This document shows, one piece after another, positions 25,440 to 33,850 of a DNA stretch of 64,000 nt. The notes beneath the pieces are model-generated. The model searched no databases. It saw only the letters and a program-made list of their open reading frames with translations, and was not told where the DNA came from. The first letter of the stretch is position 1. Every line of letters begins with the position of its first letter. Origin of the DNA: a virus. Lineage: Duplodnaviria; Caudoviricetes. Position numbers and translations under genes: made by a program. The stretch lies in IMG/VR virus record IMGVR_UViG_3300010362_000016, positions 1 to 64,000 of that record; one strand, given 5' to 3'.

Positions 25440-25779
25440 CTTCGGCCAGGACATCAACGGAGCCTTCCGACGTTTAGAAGACGGTCGGGTCCTCCGGATC
25501 AACAAGCGGATGTTCAACACCCTCTTGAGCCTCTCCGCAAGCGTCGAGGCTCCCGTCTGGCTGGAGGGCTGGTGATACCTTCGCGAAGAAGACGCCGTGC
25601 GCGACTTCGTCACCTGGGAACCCGGCTCATCCGTCATCTGCATCCTCTGCGGTCGAACCAGATCAACCCACGAACCCCCCGGGAACTGGCAGCGCCACTA
25701 TCCATCCCAGCGTAGACGTCTTCCGCTCCTCGGCCCGGGCTCCTCCATCACTGGATATCTGGAATTTCATCATCCCTGA
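25432..25779 (+). CDS. 115-codon ORF with in-frame TGA at codon 48 (selenocysteine/readthrough candidate, or pseudogene)
   Basis: ATG 25432; ...LEGW*YLREE...; frame continues to TGA 25777-79, which lies in the -35 of the next promoter. Confidence 0.6.
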
Positions 25780-25805
25780 CGTTCAGCTAACGTACGTGGT
25801 ATAGT
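25776..25805 (+). promoter_or_regulatory. Plus-strand copy of the repeat promoter/operator in front of the RHH gene
   Basis: CTGACG ttcagcta acgtacgt gg TATAGT. Confidence 0.8.
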
Positions 25806-25807
25806 TG

Positions 25808-26047
25808 ATGACCATGAAACACCCAACGTCAGCGAAAAAGAAGAAGTCGAAGAAGTGGGTGACGCTCAGCGTTCCATTCGACCCGGAGTTCCTGAAAGAA
25901 TGCCGGTGGATCGTCCGCCGGGATGGAGGCACCTTAGCCGAGCTAGTCCAAACTAGTCTGTCCTGGTTCGTAAGGGAATGTTGTTATCCGGAGTTGACTA
26001 TCCCGCCTCCCAGGGATATTCCGCCCGTCAGCAGGACGATCCAGTAA
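25808..26047 (+). CDS. Ribbon-helix-helix (CopG/Arc/MetJ-like) DNA-binding protein
   Basis: Alternating beta-strand VTLSVPF, helix DPEFLKECRWIVRRDG, turn, helix TLAELVQTSL. Confidence 0.7.
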   Translation: MTMKHPTSAKKKKSKKWVTLSVPFDPEFLKECRWIVRRDGGTLAELVQTSLSWFVRECCYPELTIPPPRDIPPVSRTIQ

Positions 26048-26060
26048 CCAGGAATAGACG

Positions 26061-26987
26061 ATGAGTCTGCTGGCTGAAATGTTGAGCAACCCCAAGACGT
26101 GCATACGCTGCATGCCAGAAAGCGCCGCCGCAGACCTGCGGGCCGACTTACGCCGGGTTCCGATTATCCAGTGCAGCAACGTAGCGCACTATTTGTTCGA
26201 GCATACTAACCTGAACGACTGGTATAAGGAGGGCTTCGAGAATCTGGCTCCGCCGTTTGAGCGGTTCTGGATGGAATTCAAGGTCCCCAAGGCCGTGATC
26301 CTGTCGCAGGAGCGCGTGGAGTGGAAGTTGTCCGGAGATTATCTCGGCGCTTTGATCGAGGGGTCCAAGCGTCCCCCTTGGACGCTGGATCTGAGCACCT
26401 TCGTCGATATCGATTCTCGACCCTTCGACTGCTCGTACATGTTCACGTTCCACGTCGAGTTAGACGACGATGCACATACCATCCTGCTGCCGGGCTCGAC
26501 GAGACCTGAAATGTTCATCCCCCATGGCACTTCACTGAGGCATATGATCGATGGCTTTCGGTATACGCCGGAGGAGACTGAGAAGCTAAAGGTCGCCGCT
26601 ATGATCCATTGGGCGGCGCTGTTCCCCATGTTTCTGGCCATCTCCTTCATGCACTGCAAAAACGTAACGCTGAAGCAGCAGGCGTCCGACGCGGCCCTGG
26701 CCAAGCGCAATCTGCAACGCGGCAAGCCGTCCCTGAAGTATCATGTGATCGAAATCGAGCCGCTGAAACAGATCCTGCGCACCGAGGGCCGGATCGAAAC
26801 CGAGGGCCTTCCGAAGGCCCTGCACATCTGCCGGGGCCACTTCGCGAAGTACGCCGAGGATGGACCCGGTCTCTTCGGCAAAGGCATCCACGGTCGGTTC
26901 TGGATTCCACAACATGTGCGCGGCAGCGAAAAAAGGGGCGTGGTCGTCAGCGATTACAACGTCAAAGCGCCCAAGGAAAGAGCGTAA
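26061..26987 (+). CDS. Conserved phage hypothetical protein (paralog of 21131..22066)
   Basis: NLAPPF..FW.E, FMHCKNV, LHICRGHF..Y....LFGK. Confidence 0.82.
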   Translation: MSLLAEMLSNPKTCIRCMPESAAADLRADLRRVPIIQCSNVAHYLFEHTNLNDWYKEGFENLAPPFERFWMEFKVPKAVILSQERVEWKLSGDYLGALIEGSKRPPWTLDLSTFVDIDSRPFDCSYMFTFHVELDDDAHTILLPGSTRPEMFIPHGTSLRHMIDGFRYTPEETEKLKVAAMIHWAALFPMFLAISFMHCKNVTLKQQASDAALAKRNLQRGKPSLKYHVIEIEPLKQILRTEGRIETEGLPKALHICRGHFAKYAEDGPGLFGKGIHGRFWIPQHVRGSEKRGVVVSDYNVKAPKERA

Positions 26988-27021
26988 CTCCCGAGGCTGA
27001 GCCGAATGAGCAAAGGATAAG

Positions 27022-27231
27022 ATGATGACCCTTCAAACCAGGATCGAGAAATTCGTGCGGGAATATTCCCCAAGAGATTATCCGGCCAGGAAGCTCTTCA
27101 TCGACCAGCTACGGGATCTCCTCAACGAATACGCCGACGCGGCCCTGATCCATGAAGCTCGCCCCGAGATCGGGATCGACCACGGTCACGGCCCCGGACC
27201 ATCCCACAAGCCAACTAACTCCCGAAGATAA
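27022..27231 (+). CDS. Hypothetical protein
   Basis: 69 aa; AAGGA RBS. Confidence 0.65.
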   Translation: MMTLQTRIEKFVREYSPRDYPARKLFIDQLRDLLNEYADAALIHEARPEIGIDHGHGPGPSHKPTNSRR

Positions 27232-27267
27232 GTTAACTCAACTTAGTTTAAGTAAAAAAGAGCCGGT

Positions 27268-27300
27268 AGCCGTGCCGTCCTCCCGGACGGCATGGGCTTT
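27268..27300 (+). terminator. Intrinsic terminator-like hairpin
   Basis: agccgtgccgtcc-tccc-ggacggcatgggct then TT; A-tract upstream (possibly bidirectional). Confidence 0.6.
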
Positions 27301-27576
27301 CAGGGATGGACCGGCTCTTCCAAGAGCCAACCAAGTTGCAAGCCAGACGTCCCAAGGTTACGTCATCCATCCCGGAACTGGTTATCCATCCCGGAACTGA
27401 ACGTCATCTTCCGCACAATCCCAACGTTCGAGGATGATCCTCCAGGATTAGCCAGCAGTAAACTGAACCCAGCCCAGCACCGGGGCACGGACTGGGTCGT
27501 CGTCCCTCACTGCAAAGTGGGGCTGGGAGGCCCGGACATCCCAATTTGCCGGGCCTTCCATCGCCTTTTTCCCCCA

Positions 27577-28197
27577 TTACTCAGGGTTTACCCTTAGCAC
27601 TTTCCTGATCAGACTTGCCACATAAACTCTCCTAGGCCTCAGCTTCACCAATCCCTCCTGCTCAAGCTTCTTCAGGAGTTGATTCACCTTTTGTCTAGCC
27701 ACCCCGATAGCATCCGCAAGCTCCTGTTGGGTCATCTTGACCACATAACCCCCTTCCTCCAGTCCTTGCGTCACAAGGAACTTGACCAACCGGTCCTTCG
27801 GTGGCAGAAGGTAGTGGTCCTTGTAGCTCTCCAACCTCAACAGTTCCTGCTCCAAGCTCCACTCAAAAATCCCAGGCCACTCCCTCTCCGCCTGGATCAT
27901 CTCCCTCGCCTTCTCCCTCCCAAATCGCTTTACCGTACACTTATCGAACGCAACCGCCGACGTCCGCCTATTATGTACTCCCTCCAATAGACCTTCAATC
28001 CCGAACAGTCCCCCCGCCCGGATGATCTCCACTATCCGCTCCCGCCCATCTTCTGCCTCAAACAAGGTCTTCACTCTACCAGCGTCCAGAATGAACACAT
28101 CATCTGCCTCATCGCCACAGTGGTATATACACTTGCCCCTGGAATAATTCTCCAGCTTTCCCCCATCGCCAAACACCTTGCCCGGAATGAACTTCAT
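27577..28197 (-). CDS. Crp/Fnr-family transcriptional regulator
   Basis: cNMP-like barrel (IYHCGDEADDVFILDAGRVK...GGLFG...R..SAVA) and HTH MTQQELADAIGVARQKVNQLLKKL; AAGGAGG RBS. Confidence 0.9.
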   Translation of the reverse strand: MKFIPGKVFGDGGKLENYSRGKCIYHCGDEADDVFILDAGRVKTLFEAEDGRERIVEIIRAGGLFGIEGLLEGVHNRRTSAVAFDKCTVKRFGREKAREMIQAEREWPGIFEWSLEQELLRLESYKDHYLLPPKDRLVKFLVTQGLEEGGYVVKMTQQELADAIGVARQKVNQLLKKLEQEGLVKLRPRRVYVASLIRKVLRVNPE

Positions 28198-28678
28198 GTG
28201 AACCGTTTCCTCCTTATTCCAAGATCGAACATGGATCGACAAAGCACCAGCCCCTCACAATTCCAACCATGTGAACCATTAAAACGGAGCCACAGACCCG
28301 TTTGAACGCCACACTACTACCAGATCTCGTAATACGCAAGCCGTTTTGCGACTTAAATGTAAACTTCCTGTCCATTTCAGACACCAAACCGACTATCTAT
28401 CGTCCACTAAGCAACCATCAGCCGCCACGAGCCGACCATCCGCAGACCGTCAGCCCACCACGAGCCACCACCAATTACCCAGTCCCAGAACATCTACTTT
28501 CCATCACCTCCACATTAAACCCACATATATCCACTTTTCTCTCCATTATTTCGCACATCTTCCGCCAGTAATTTCCACACGCCTTCCACAGCCAACCACT
28601 AACCACACCAGCCACACCCAAACTCCAGATCTGGAGTGCATCCGATCAGATAACCCCAACCTTCCCAACCCTTCTAAA

Positions 28679-28864
28679 CTACAACCTAACTCCACGAACT
28701 ACCCTGAGCCACCCACCAAACCTCCTAACTCCAACATCGTTTGCCATCGTTGCCACCATAGCTACCATTGCCAAGAATGCCACGATAATCAAACTTATCC
28801 ACAACACCTTCAATAACCCTTTCCAAACCCTTCTCCTACCCGGAAGTTGACTTATACGTGACAC
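28679..28864 (-). CDS. Small membrane protein (uncertain)
   Basis: One hydrophobic helix, in low-complexity G/T-rich sequence. Confidence 0.3.
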   Translation of the reverse strand: MSRISQLPGRRRVWKGLLKVLWISLIIVAFLAMVAMVATMANDVGVRRFGGWLRVVRGVRL

Positions 28865-29008
28865 TTACCCAAAAGAGCGTCTCCGCTAAAAAAATATTTC
28901 GATTTTGTCCTAAAAGGGACTTTTCTTTTGAATTTCGAGGGCGTAACCTAATCTCCATCGAGATAGAGCGGGTTCGCTACCTGCTGCACGGCAACCCTTC
29001 GGGACCAG

Positions 29009-29114
29009 GGGCCGGGAGTCCAGACACCAAGTCTCTTCTCCCGCCGTAGCTGGACCCGGCCCTCTCGCAGGCGTGAGGGGAGAAGAGCAGACCCTGGCTT
29101 CGCCAGGGCGTTTT
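29009..29114 (+). ncRNA. Putative pseudoknotted non-coding/leader RNA with a 3' terminator hairpin
   Basis: 13-bp stem 29009-23/29050-62; loop 29033-42 pairs with 29078-87; hairpin 29092-29108 then GTTTT. Confidence 0.45.
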
Positions 29115-29181
29115 ATAACTTACGTTTGCGATTCCAGTACTTACTGGACCTCGCCAGACGTGTGTCCATCGGGGAGAAGAA

Positions 29182-29400
29182 GTGGTAAGGGACAGCGGCG
29201 GAAATTATCGTAAGCCAAAAGTCAGGCTTATGCTCCAGGACTATGTCGTTCTCAAGAACCTCCTGGAAGACATGGACGACCTGAGCGACCGGGAACAGAT
29301 CCTCCTCAGCAAAATCAACTACATCATCGACGCCATTGAAAAACACGATGTCAGGCCCCAGACACGGCCTTCCTCCAAGGAAACGGAGCCTTCTTCATGA
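29182..29400 (+). CDS. Hypothetical protein
   Basis: 72 aa, ATGA-coupled to the nuclease. Confidence 0.65.
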   Translation: MVRDSGGNYRKPKVRLMLQDYVVLKNLLEDMDDLSDREQILLSKINYIIDAIEKHDVRPQTRPSSKETEPSS

Positions 29401-30827
29401 CTTACTTCAATACTTCTAGATCGAGGACCTTAGATCACCTCCGATGTCCCCGGGCAAGGTATATCCTCCACGAAAGGGAGGGGACCGGCGTCGAACTCGT
29501 CCGGCAGGCTGTCCCCCTCGTGACAGGAGTCTCCGTCCACAAAGGTATGGCTACCGGTCTCGCGACCGGCAACGAAGAATCCGCCGTTCACGCCGCCCTC
29601 CAAGATTACGAAAACGTAACCCGGGGCCGTGGCCTGGACATCTCCGACCTCGAAAGTCAATCCTTCGTCTACAGCGAACAGCGGGCCCTGGCCGAGGCCC
29701 TCACCCGGTTGGGATTCCGCAGGATGATTCCCCGGGTCCATGCCACCTACGACGTCATCGAGATCGAAACCTTCGACAAGAGACTCATGGTCGAGAACGA
29801 CAAGGTTCAGGTGTTCTGGAGGTCGATTCCAGATGCTCTCCTCCGCAAGAAGGATGACGGGGAGCTTTATCTAATGAGTTGGAAGACTGCTTCCGAGTTG
29901 CCGACGGATAGTGACGCCAGAGTAGATATGCAGGGTGTTTCCGAAGCCTGGGCGTTACAGGCGAGGTTGGATGAAGTGTGGAACAAGGTGAGAAGTGGAG
30001 AGCAGTTGAATGGAGGAGTGAGTGAGAGGTTGGTTGAGGTGTTGAGGGGATTGGAGGTGAGGCCGAGGATTCGGGGGATTCAGATGGGGTTTCTGGTGAA
30101 GGGGATGAGGAGGGTGGCTTCCAAGGAGATGACGGCGAGGTATCTCACTGCGGAGCAGATAGCGGCGGGGTGGAAGTTGTATCGGACTGAGAATCCGTTG
30201 ATTTATGGGTATGTTGATTCGTCAAGTTTGTCCAGTTTGGGGTCGGTGAGTTGGACGAGAGATTACAAGTGTGTAGGTCCGCATCCTATGAGGAAGTCGA
30301 AGTGGTATCCGACTGGGATGTGTGAGACGCCTGGGAAGTCACATAAGAGGGGAGATGAGTGGACTAGCTTTGCGGTGTGGGAGACGCCGGAGGGGGTCAA
30401 AGGATGGATGGATGGGTTGCCGGAGTTGGATAAGGTTGCTGGTGATCCCATGGAGATGATGTGGACGTTGCCTGTGCCGAACTTCAGGACGATTGAGCAG
30501 GTAAGGGATTGGTATGAGCAGACCAGGACGAGGGAGGAGAAGATCGCCATGGATCTCCTCCGGGTCAGGGAGGTGGAGAAGAAGATCCAGGAAGATCCTA
30601 GCGATGAGGTGACTGAGGAGTTGAGAGTGGTTCTTAATGAGACTTTTCCTCAGACGACTGACCAGTGCAATCACTGGTTCGGGAGGAATTGTCCAGCGTG
30701 TGGAATTTGCTGGGGGCCGGATCATATTAAGGATGATCCTGTGGGCAGCGGGTTATATCAGTGGAAGGTTCAGTTGGATGAGAGGGAGGTTGGGGTTGGA
30801 ATAGAGATGGAAGGAGGTGAGGAGTGA
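29397..30827 (+). CDS. PD-(D/E)XK Cas4/AddB-like exonuclease with Fe-S cysteines
   Basis: CPRARY N-terminal Cys, PDALL...SWKT, Q-x-Y-like region, C-terminal C..W....C..C..C. Confidence 0.75.
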   Translation: MTYFNTSRSRTLDHLRCPRARYILHEREGTGVELVRQAVPLVTGVSVHKGMATGLATGNEESAVHAALQDYENVTRGRGLDISDLESQSFVYSEQRALAEALTRLGFRRMIPRVHATYDVIEIETFDKRLMVENDKVQVFWRSIPDALLRKKDDGELYLMSWKTASELPTDSDARVDMQGVSEAWALQARLDEVWNKVRSGEQLNGGVSERLVEVLRGLEVRPRIRGIQMGFLVKGMRRVASKEMTARYLTAEQIAAGWKLYRTENPLIYGYVDSSSLSSLGSVSWTRDYKCVGPHPMRKSKWYPTGMCETPGKSHKRGDEWTSFAVWETPEGVKGWMDGLPELDKVAGDPMEMMWTLPVPNFRTIEQVRDWYEQTRTREEKIAMDLLRVREVEKKIQEDPSDEVTEELRVVLNETFPQTTDQCNHWFGRNCPACGICWGPDHIKDDPVGSGLYQWKVQLDEREVGVGIEMEGGEE

Positions 30828-31405
30828 GTAGGTGTGAGACTGTGAGTCCGAGTGGATTGGTTTGGTGTTCCTTGGAAGAGGGACATGATGGAGAACACGT
30901 GGCGTATGCGAGGCATATGGTGGGTGGAATGGTGATGGAGAAGTGGGAGGGAAGGATGAAAGAAGGGGAATATCTGGTAAGGGTTCTTAGATTGGTTGAA
31001 TATTGTGGGCCGAGATCAGCCGTTGAGAATACCGTGGCGAGGAGTGTTCAGGGAACGAAGGTGATTGGGACAGGGTTGAGTATCACGGCGGTTACTTTGG
31101 GGATCTGGCCGGATGTGGTGAAGGATGCCAGGGAGCAGGCCGATCCGAAGCAGTTGGGGGAGTTGATTGATCTGGTGGGGAAGTTGACGAATGACTTGGG
31201 GAAGTTGAGGACGGAGGCGAAGGAGAGGGTGCAGGTTCTGAGGGATCTGGAGAAGGAGAACGGTGAGCTAAGGGATTGGGTGTCGAGTCTGGAGGGGGAG
31301 TTGGGGAGCGCTCATTCAAAGATCGACGCGGCCAGGGTGGAGTTGGAGGAGTTGATCGGGTCAACGGATGACGGCGGGGACGCTGATGGCGTCCGAGAGG
31401 GTTGA
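30824..31405 (+). CDS. Hypothetical coiled-coil protein
   Basis: C..C.L..GH.G.H N-terminus; heptad-rich C-terminus. Confidence 0.7.
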   Translation: MSRCETVSPSGLVWCSLEEGHDGEHVAYARHMVGGMVMEKWEGRMKEGEYLVRVLRLVEYCGPRSAVENTVARSVQGTKVIGTGLSITAVTLGIWPDVVKDAREQADPKQLGELIDLVGKLTNDLGKLRTEAKERVQVLRDLEKENGELRDWVSSLEGELGSAHSKIDAARVELEELIGSTDDGGDADGVREG

Positions 31406-31408
31406 GGA

Positions 31409-32467
31409 ATGGCCAGGGCTCAGACATTTTTGCTTTACGCAGCGAGTGACTCGGGGAAGACCAGTCAGCTTGGAGAGACTGCTCAGTGGGAGTTCAGGAA
31501 GACCGGCAGTATATCCCGGCTGATCAGTGCGGATTCTTCCTGGGCTCCCCTGGAGGAGATGATTGCTACTCCTGAACGTAAGTTGGGCACTGAGTATACC
31601 GACATCGACGGGAAGAAGAGAGTTGTTTGCATCGAGGCATGGAATGTTCAGGGTCTGCAAGATCCCTGGGCTCCTTTGGTGGAGTTGAGCGAGGGCGCGT
31701 GGCCCCAAGTAGTCGAGTCCGAAGCCGGGAGGTTGAAGCTGAAAATGGTCCAGCCGGTCTGGAAGGACGGATGGATTATATCCCAGGGATTTCGGGTAGG
31801 GCAGGTCTTCAACGAGGGGTTATCGACATTTGCTTCGTTGGGGCTCCAGGATCATCAGCGGACGGCCAGGAAGCTTTCCCAGGATGTGGTAGGGACGTTC
31901 AACTCCACAGTCGTCGAGATTTCCGAGACGGCCAAGGAGGAATCCAAGACCATGAGCTTCAGCGCGGCCAGCCCCTCGCATTATGGGCAGATCCAGAGGT
32001 TCATCCTCGATGATTTAGTCCCTCGATTTGGCCGGTTGAAAGTCTCCCGGGTCATCTGGACGGCCCACGAAGCCAAAGGCCGGGATGCGATAACCGGCAT
32101 CGATAAGTCCGCCCTGGGCGTGGACGCCGGAGGTCCGGCGGTCGTCGATAAAACCGTCCAGAAATTCGCACACTCCTTCCACCTCACGGTCGCGACTAAT
32201 CTAGTTGCTGACCGTGTGGCGGGTCAGATCATCCAGCGGGAGTTCCGGGCGTGGTTCGTCCAGCACCCCGATGATACCTTGACGAAACTCACTTGGCCAG
32301 CCAAGGTCAGTCTGTCGATTCCCAAAGCCAAGCAGTTACTGAAAAAGTATCCCCAAGGATATATCTCCCTGACTAACGGCTCACTCTGTGATTATTTAGA
32401 ATTCCTGGAAGTTCCCTCACCATCCGAAAAGATCGAGAAGGTGGAGAAGATCGAGAAGGTTAAGTAA
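31409..32467 (+). CDS. AAA_24/Sak4-like P-loop ATPase (recombination)
   Basis: LLYAASDSGKT Walker A, FNEGLST Walker B-like, VIWTAHE; located between nuclease and SSB. Confidence 0.75.
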   Translation: MARAQTFLLYAASDSGKTSQLGETAQWEFRKTGSISRLISADSSWAPLEEMIATPERKLGTEYTDIDGKKRVVCIEAWNVQGLQDPWAPLVELSEGAWPQVVESEAGRLKLKMVQPVWKDGWIISQGFRVGQVFNEGLSTFASLGLQDHQRTARKLSQDVVGTFNSTVVEISETAKEESKTMSFSAASPSHYGQIQRFILDDLVPRFGRLKVSRVIWTAHEAKGRDAITGIDKSALGVDAGGPAVVDKTVQKFAHSFHLTVATNLVADRVAGQIIQREFRAWFVQHPDDTLTKLTWPAKVSLSIPKAKQLLKKYPQGYISLTNGSLCDYLEFLEVPSPSEKIEKVEKIEKVK

Positions 32468-32491
32468 CTCAAAAGATAGAAAGGAAGAAAC

Positions 32492-33106
32492 ATGGCAGCA
32501 GTTGATATTAACGATACGGATTTGTTGCGGCAGGAGGTGGAGACCGACGCGGGCGCGGACCCGAAGAGGTTTTTTTCACCGCCGATGCTGGATGACGGGG
32601 AGTATGACGCCATCCTGGAGCTTGGCGACCGGGGGATTACGGTCACCCAGCAGAAAGATAAAACCTCCGGGGAGAAGACCGGCCCGGCGTTTTTGACGGT
32701 TCATCTCCATGCGATTACGGTGGACGCGGGAGGTAATCAGGGCCTGGGAGTGTTCGATAATCCCACGTCGATTGTCATGCAGAGCCAGGGGATGAGCAAG
32801 CTGGTGGCGATATTGACCCTGGCCGGTGCCGATGTCCCGGGGAAGTGTACGTTGGCGGATTTAAAATCCCTCACCGAGACGACCCTCGCCCAGACGCCTC
32901 GGGTGAAGATCACTACCCGCTGGGAAGCCCAGGTGAAGCTCACGGATGGAACTTACCAGACCATCCGGACGGGCCAGAAGAACTTCCCGCCGGAATTCAA
33001 CCCGGATGGGTCGCCCAACGGAAGATATAACTCCGAGGTGACCGATCCCAAGTCAGGGCTTGCGGCTACGGCCCAGGTCCGGATCACGAAATATGGGAAG
33101 GCCTAA
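32492..33106 (+). CDS. Putative single-stranded DNA-binding protein (DUF669-like)
   Basis: LDDGEYDAIL start, OB-like strands, position in the recombination module. Confidence 0.6.
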   Translation: MAAVDINDTDLLRQEVETDAGADPKRFFSPPMLDDGEYDAILELGDRGITVTQQKDKTSGEKTGPAFLTVHLHAITVDAGGNQGLGVFDNPTSIVMQSQGMSKLVAILTLAGADVPGKCTLADLKSLTETTLAQTPRVKITTRWEAQVKLTDGTYQTIRTGQKNFPPEFNPDGSPNGRYNSEVTDPKSGLAATAQVRITKYGKA

Positions 33107-33605
33107 ACCATCCCGGAAAGGAAAGCGCTCAGTCATGGGGACGTCATCATCGTCATCATCAAGCAAAGGTAAATCAACCTCCCCGAGCCCTCCGGCGGTC
33201 AGTCCGGTGGCCAAGCGGGGAGGAAAAATTCCTGCAAATTCCCAGGGCGAAACCGTGGATCTCGGACTCCTGGGTCTCACGGAAAAATTCATCGGCGGCA
33301 GGAGATCTCAATACGACGCCGAACTGGATAAGCTGATCGCCGACACGGCTAAATCAGAAAATCCCTCCCATGTCGGCAGGAAATTCACCGACATCCGGGC
33401 GGCGAACTCTCTCAAGAAGCGAGCGGATATCAGGGGGGTGAAGCTGGAGTTCCTCACGTTGCCGAACAACCAGGGGTTTGTCGTCAGGATTGATCCCAAT
33501 CCGCAGTCACGGAAGGTCAAATCCCCTTCCCCGACGTCCCCGGGCCTCCAGACGGGTGGAACCGTTCCCAACCCCGACGGCCAGGAAATCACCGTCACTT
33601 CCTAG
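33093..33605 (+). CDS. Hypothetical protein
   Basis: Ser/Pro-rich ends around a globular core. Confidence 0.6.
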   Translation: MGRPKPSRKGKRSVMGTSSSSSSSKGKSTSPSPPAVSPVAKRGGKIPANSQGETVDLGLLGLTEKFIGGRRSQYDAELDKLIADTAKSENPSHVGRKFTDIRAANSLKKRADIRGVKLEFLTLPNNQGFVVRIDPNPQSRKVKSPSPTSPGLQTGGTVPNPDGQEITVTS

Positions 33606-33613
33606 GAGAACCA

Positions 33614-33850
33614 ATGCCGTTTCCGCAATGGGAACTCAACCGGCTCGTGGGCGGGAAGTGGTCCGTCCGGCTTCGCGGGGAGGAGCAGTGGATCTTAAAC
33701 CTGCCTCCCCAGCCCAGGGAAGCCGCCGAGGAAATCGAGTGGATGCTCAACGCCCTGGAACTGGACCTCCCAACCCGCCGGGAAGTCCAGCCGGACCCGG
33801 CGAACCCGGCGGCTCAGCCGCCGGGGCCGGGCCCGGGTCTGGAGGATTAA
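33614..33850 (+). CDS. Hypothetical protein
   Basis: AGGAG RBS; 78 aa. Confidence 0.7.
   Translation: MPFPQWELNRLVGGKWSVRLRGEEQWILNLPPQPREAAEEIEWMLNALELDLPTRREVQPDPANPAAQPPGPGPGLED

Noticed and set aside
25573-25575. Genome-wide UGA reassignment
   Set aside because: TGA is a normal stop in many genes here (ATGA overlaps, stops in TTGACA), so any readthrough must be local
28302-28816. Plus-strand ORFs in the C/A-rich region
   Set aside because: Low-complexity Pro/Thr/His translations with no RBS; the region holds the Crp/Fnr promoter
28847-28870. Another copy of the repeat promoter (ttgacttatacgtgacac)
   Set aside because: Has a partial box and TTGACT, but no -10 at the right spacing in either orientation
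29009-29090. HDV-like ribozyme
   Set aside because: Superficial GGCCGG/CCAG..CUGG similarity, but no P1.1 GG, no L3 consensus and no J4/2 catalytic C in the right order
29397-30827. Cas4 as evidence of CRISPR-Cas
   Set aside because: Stand-alone PD-(D/E)XK nuclease in a recombination module; no cas1/cas2 or array
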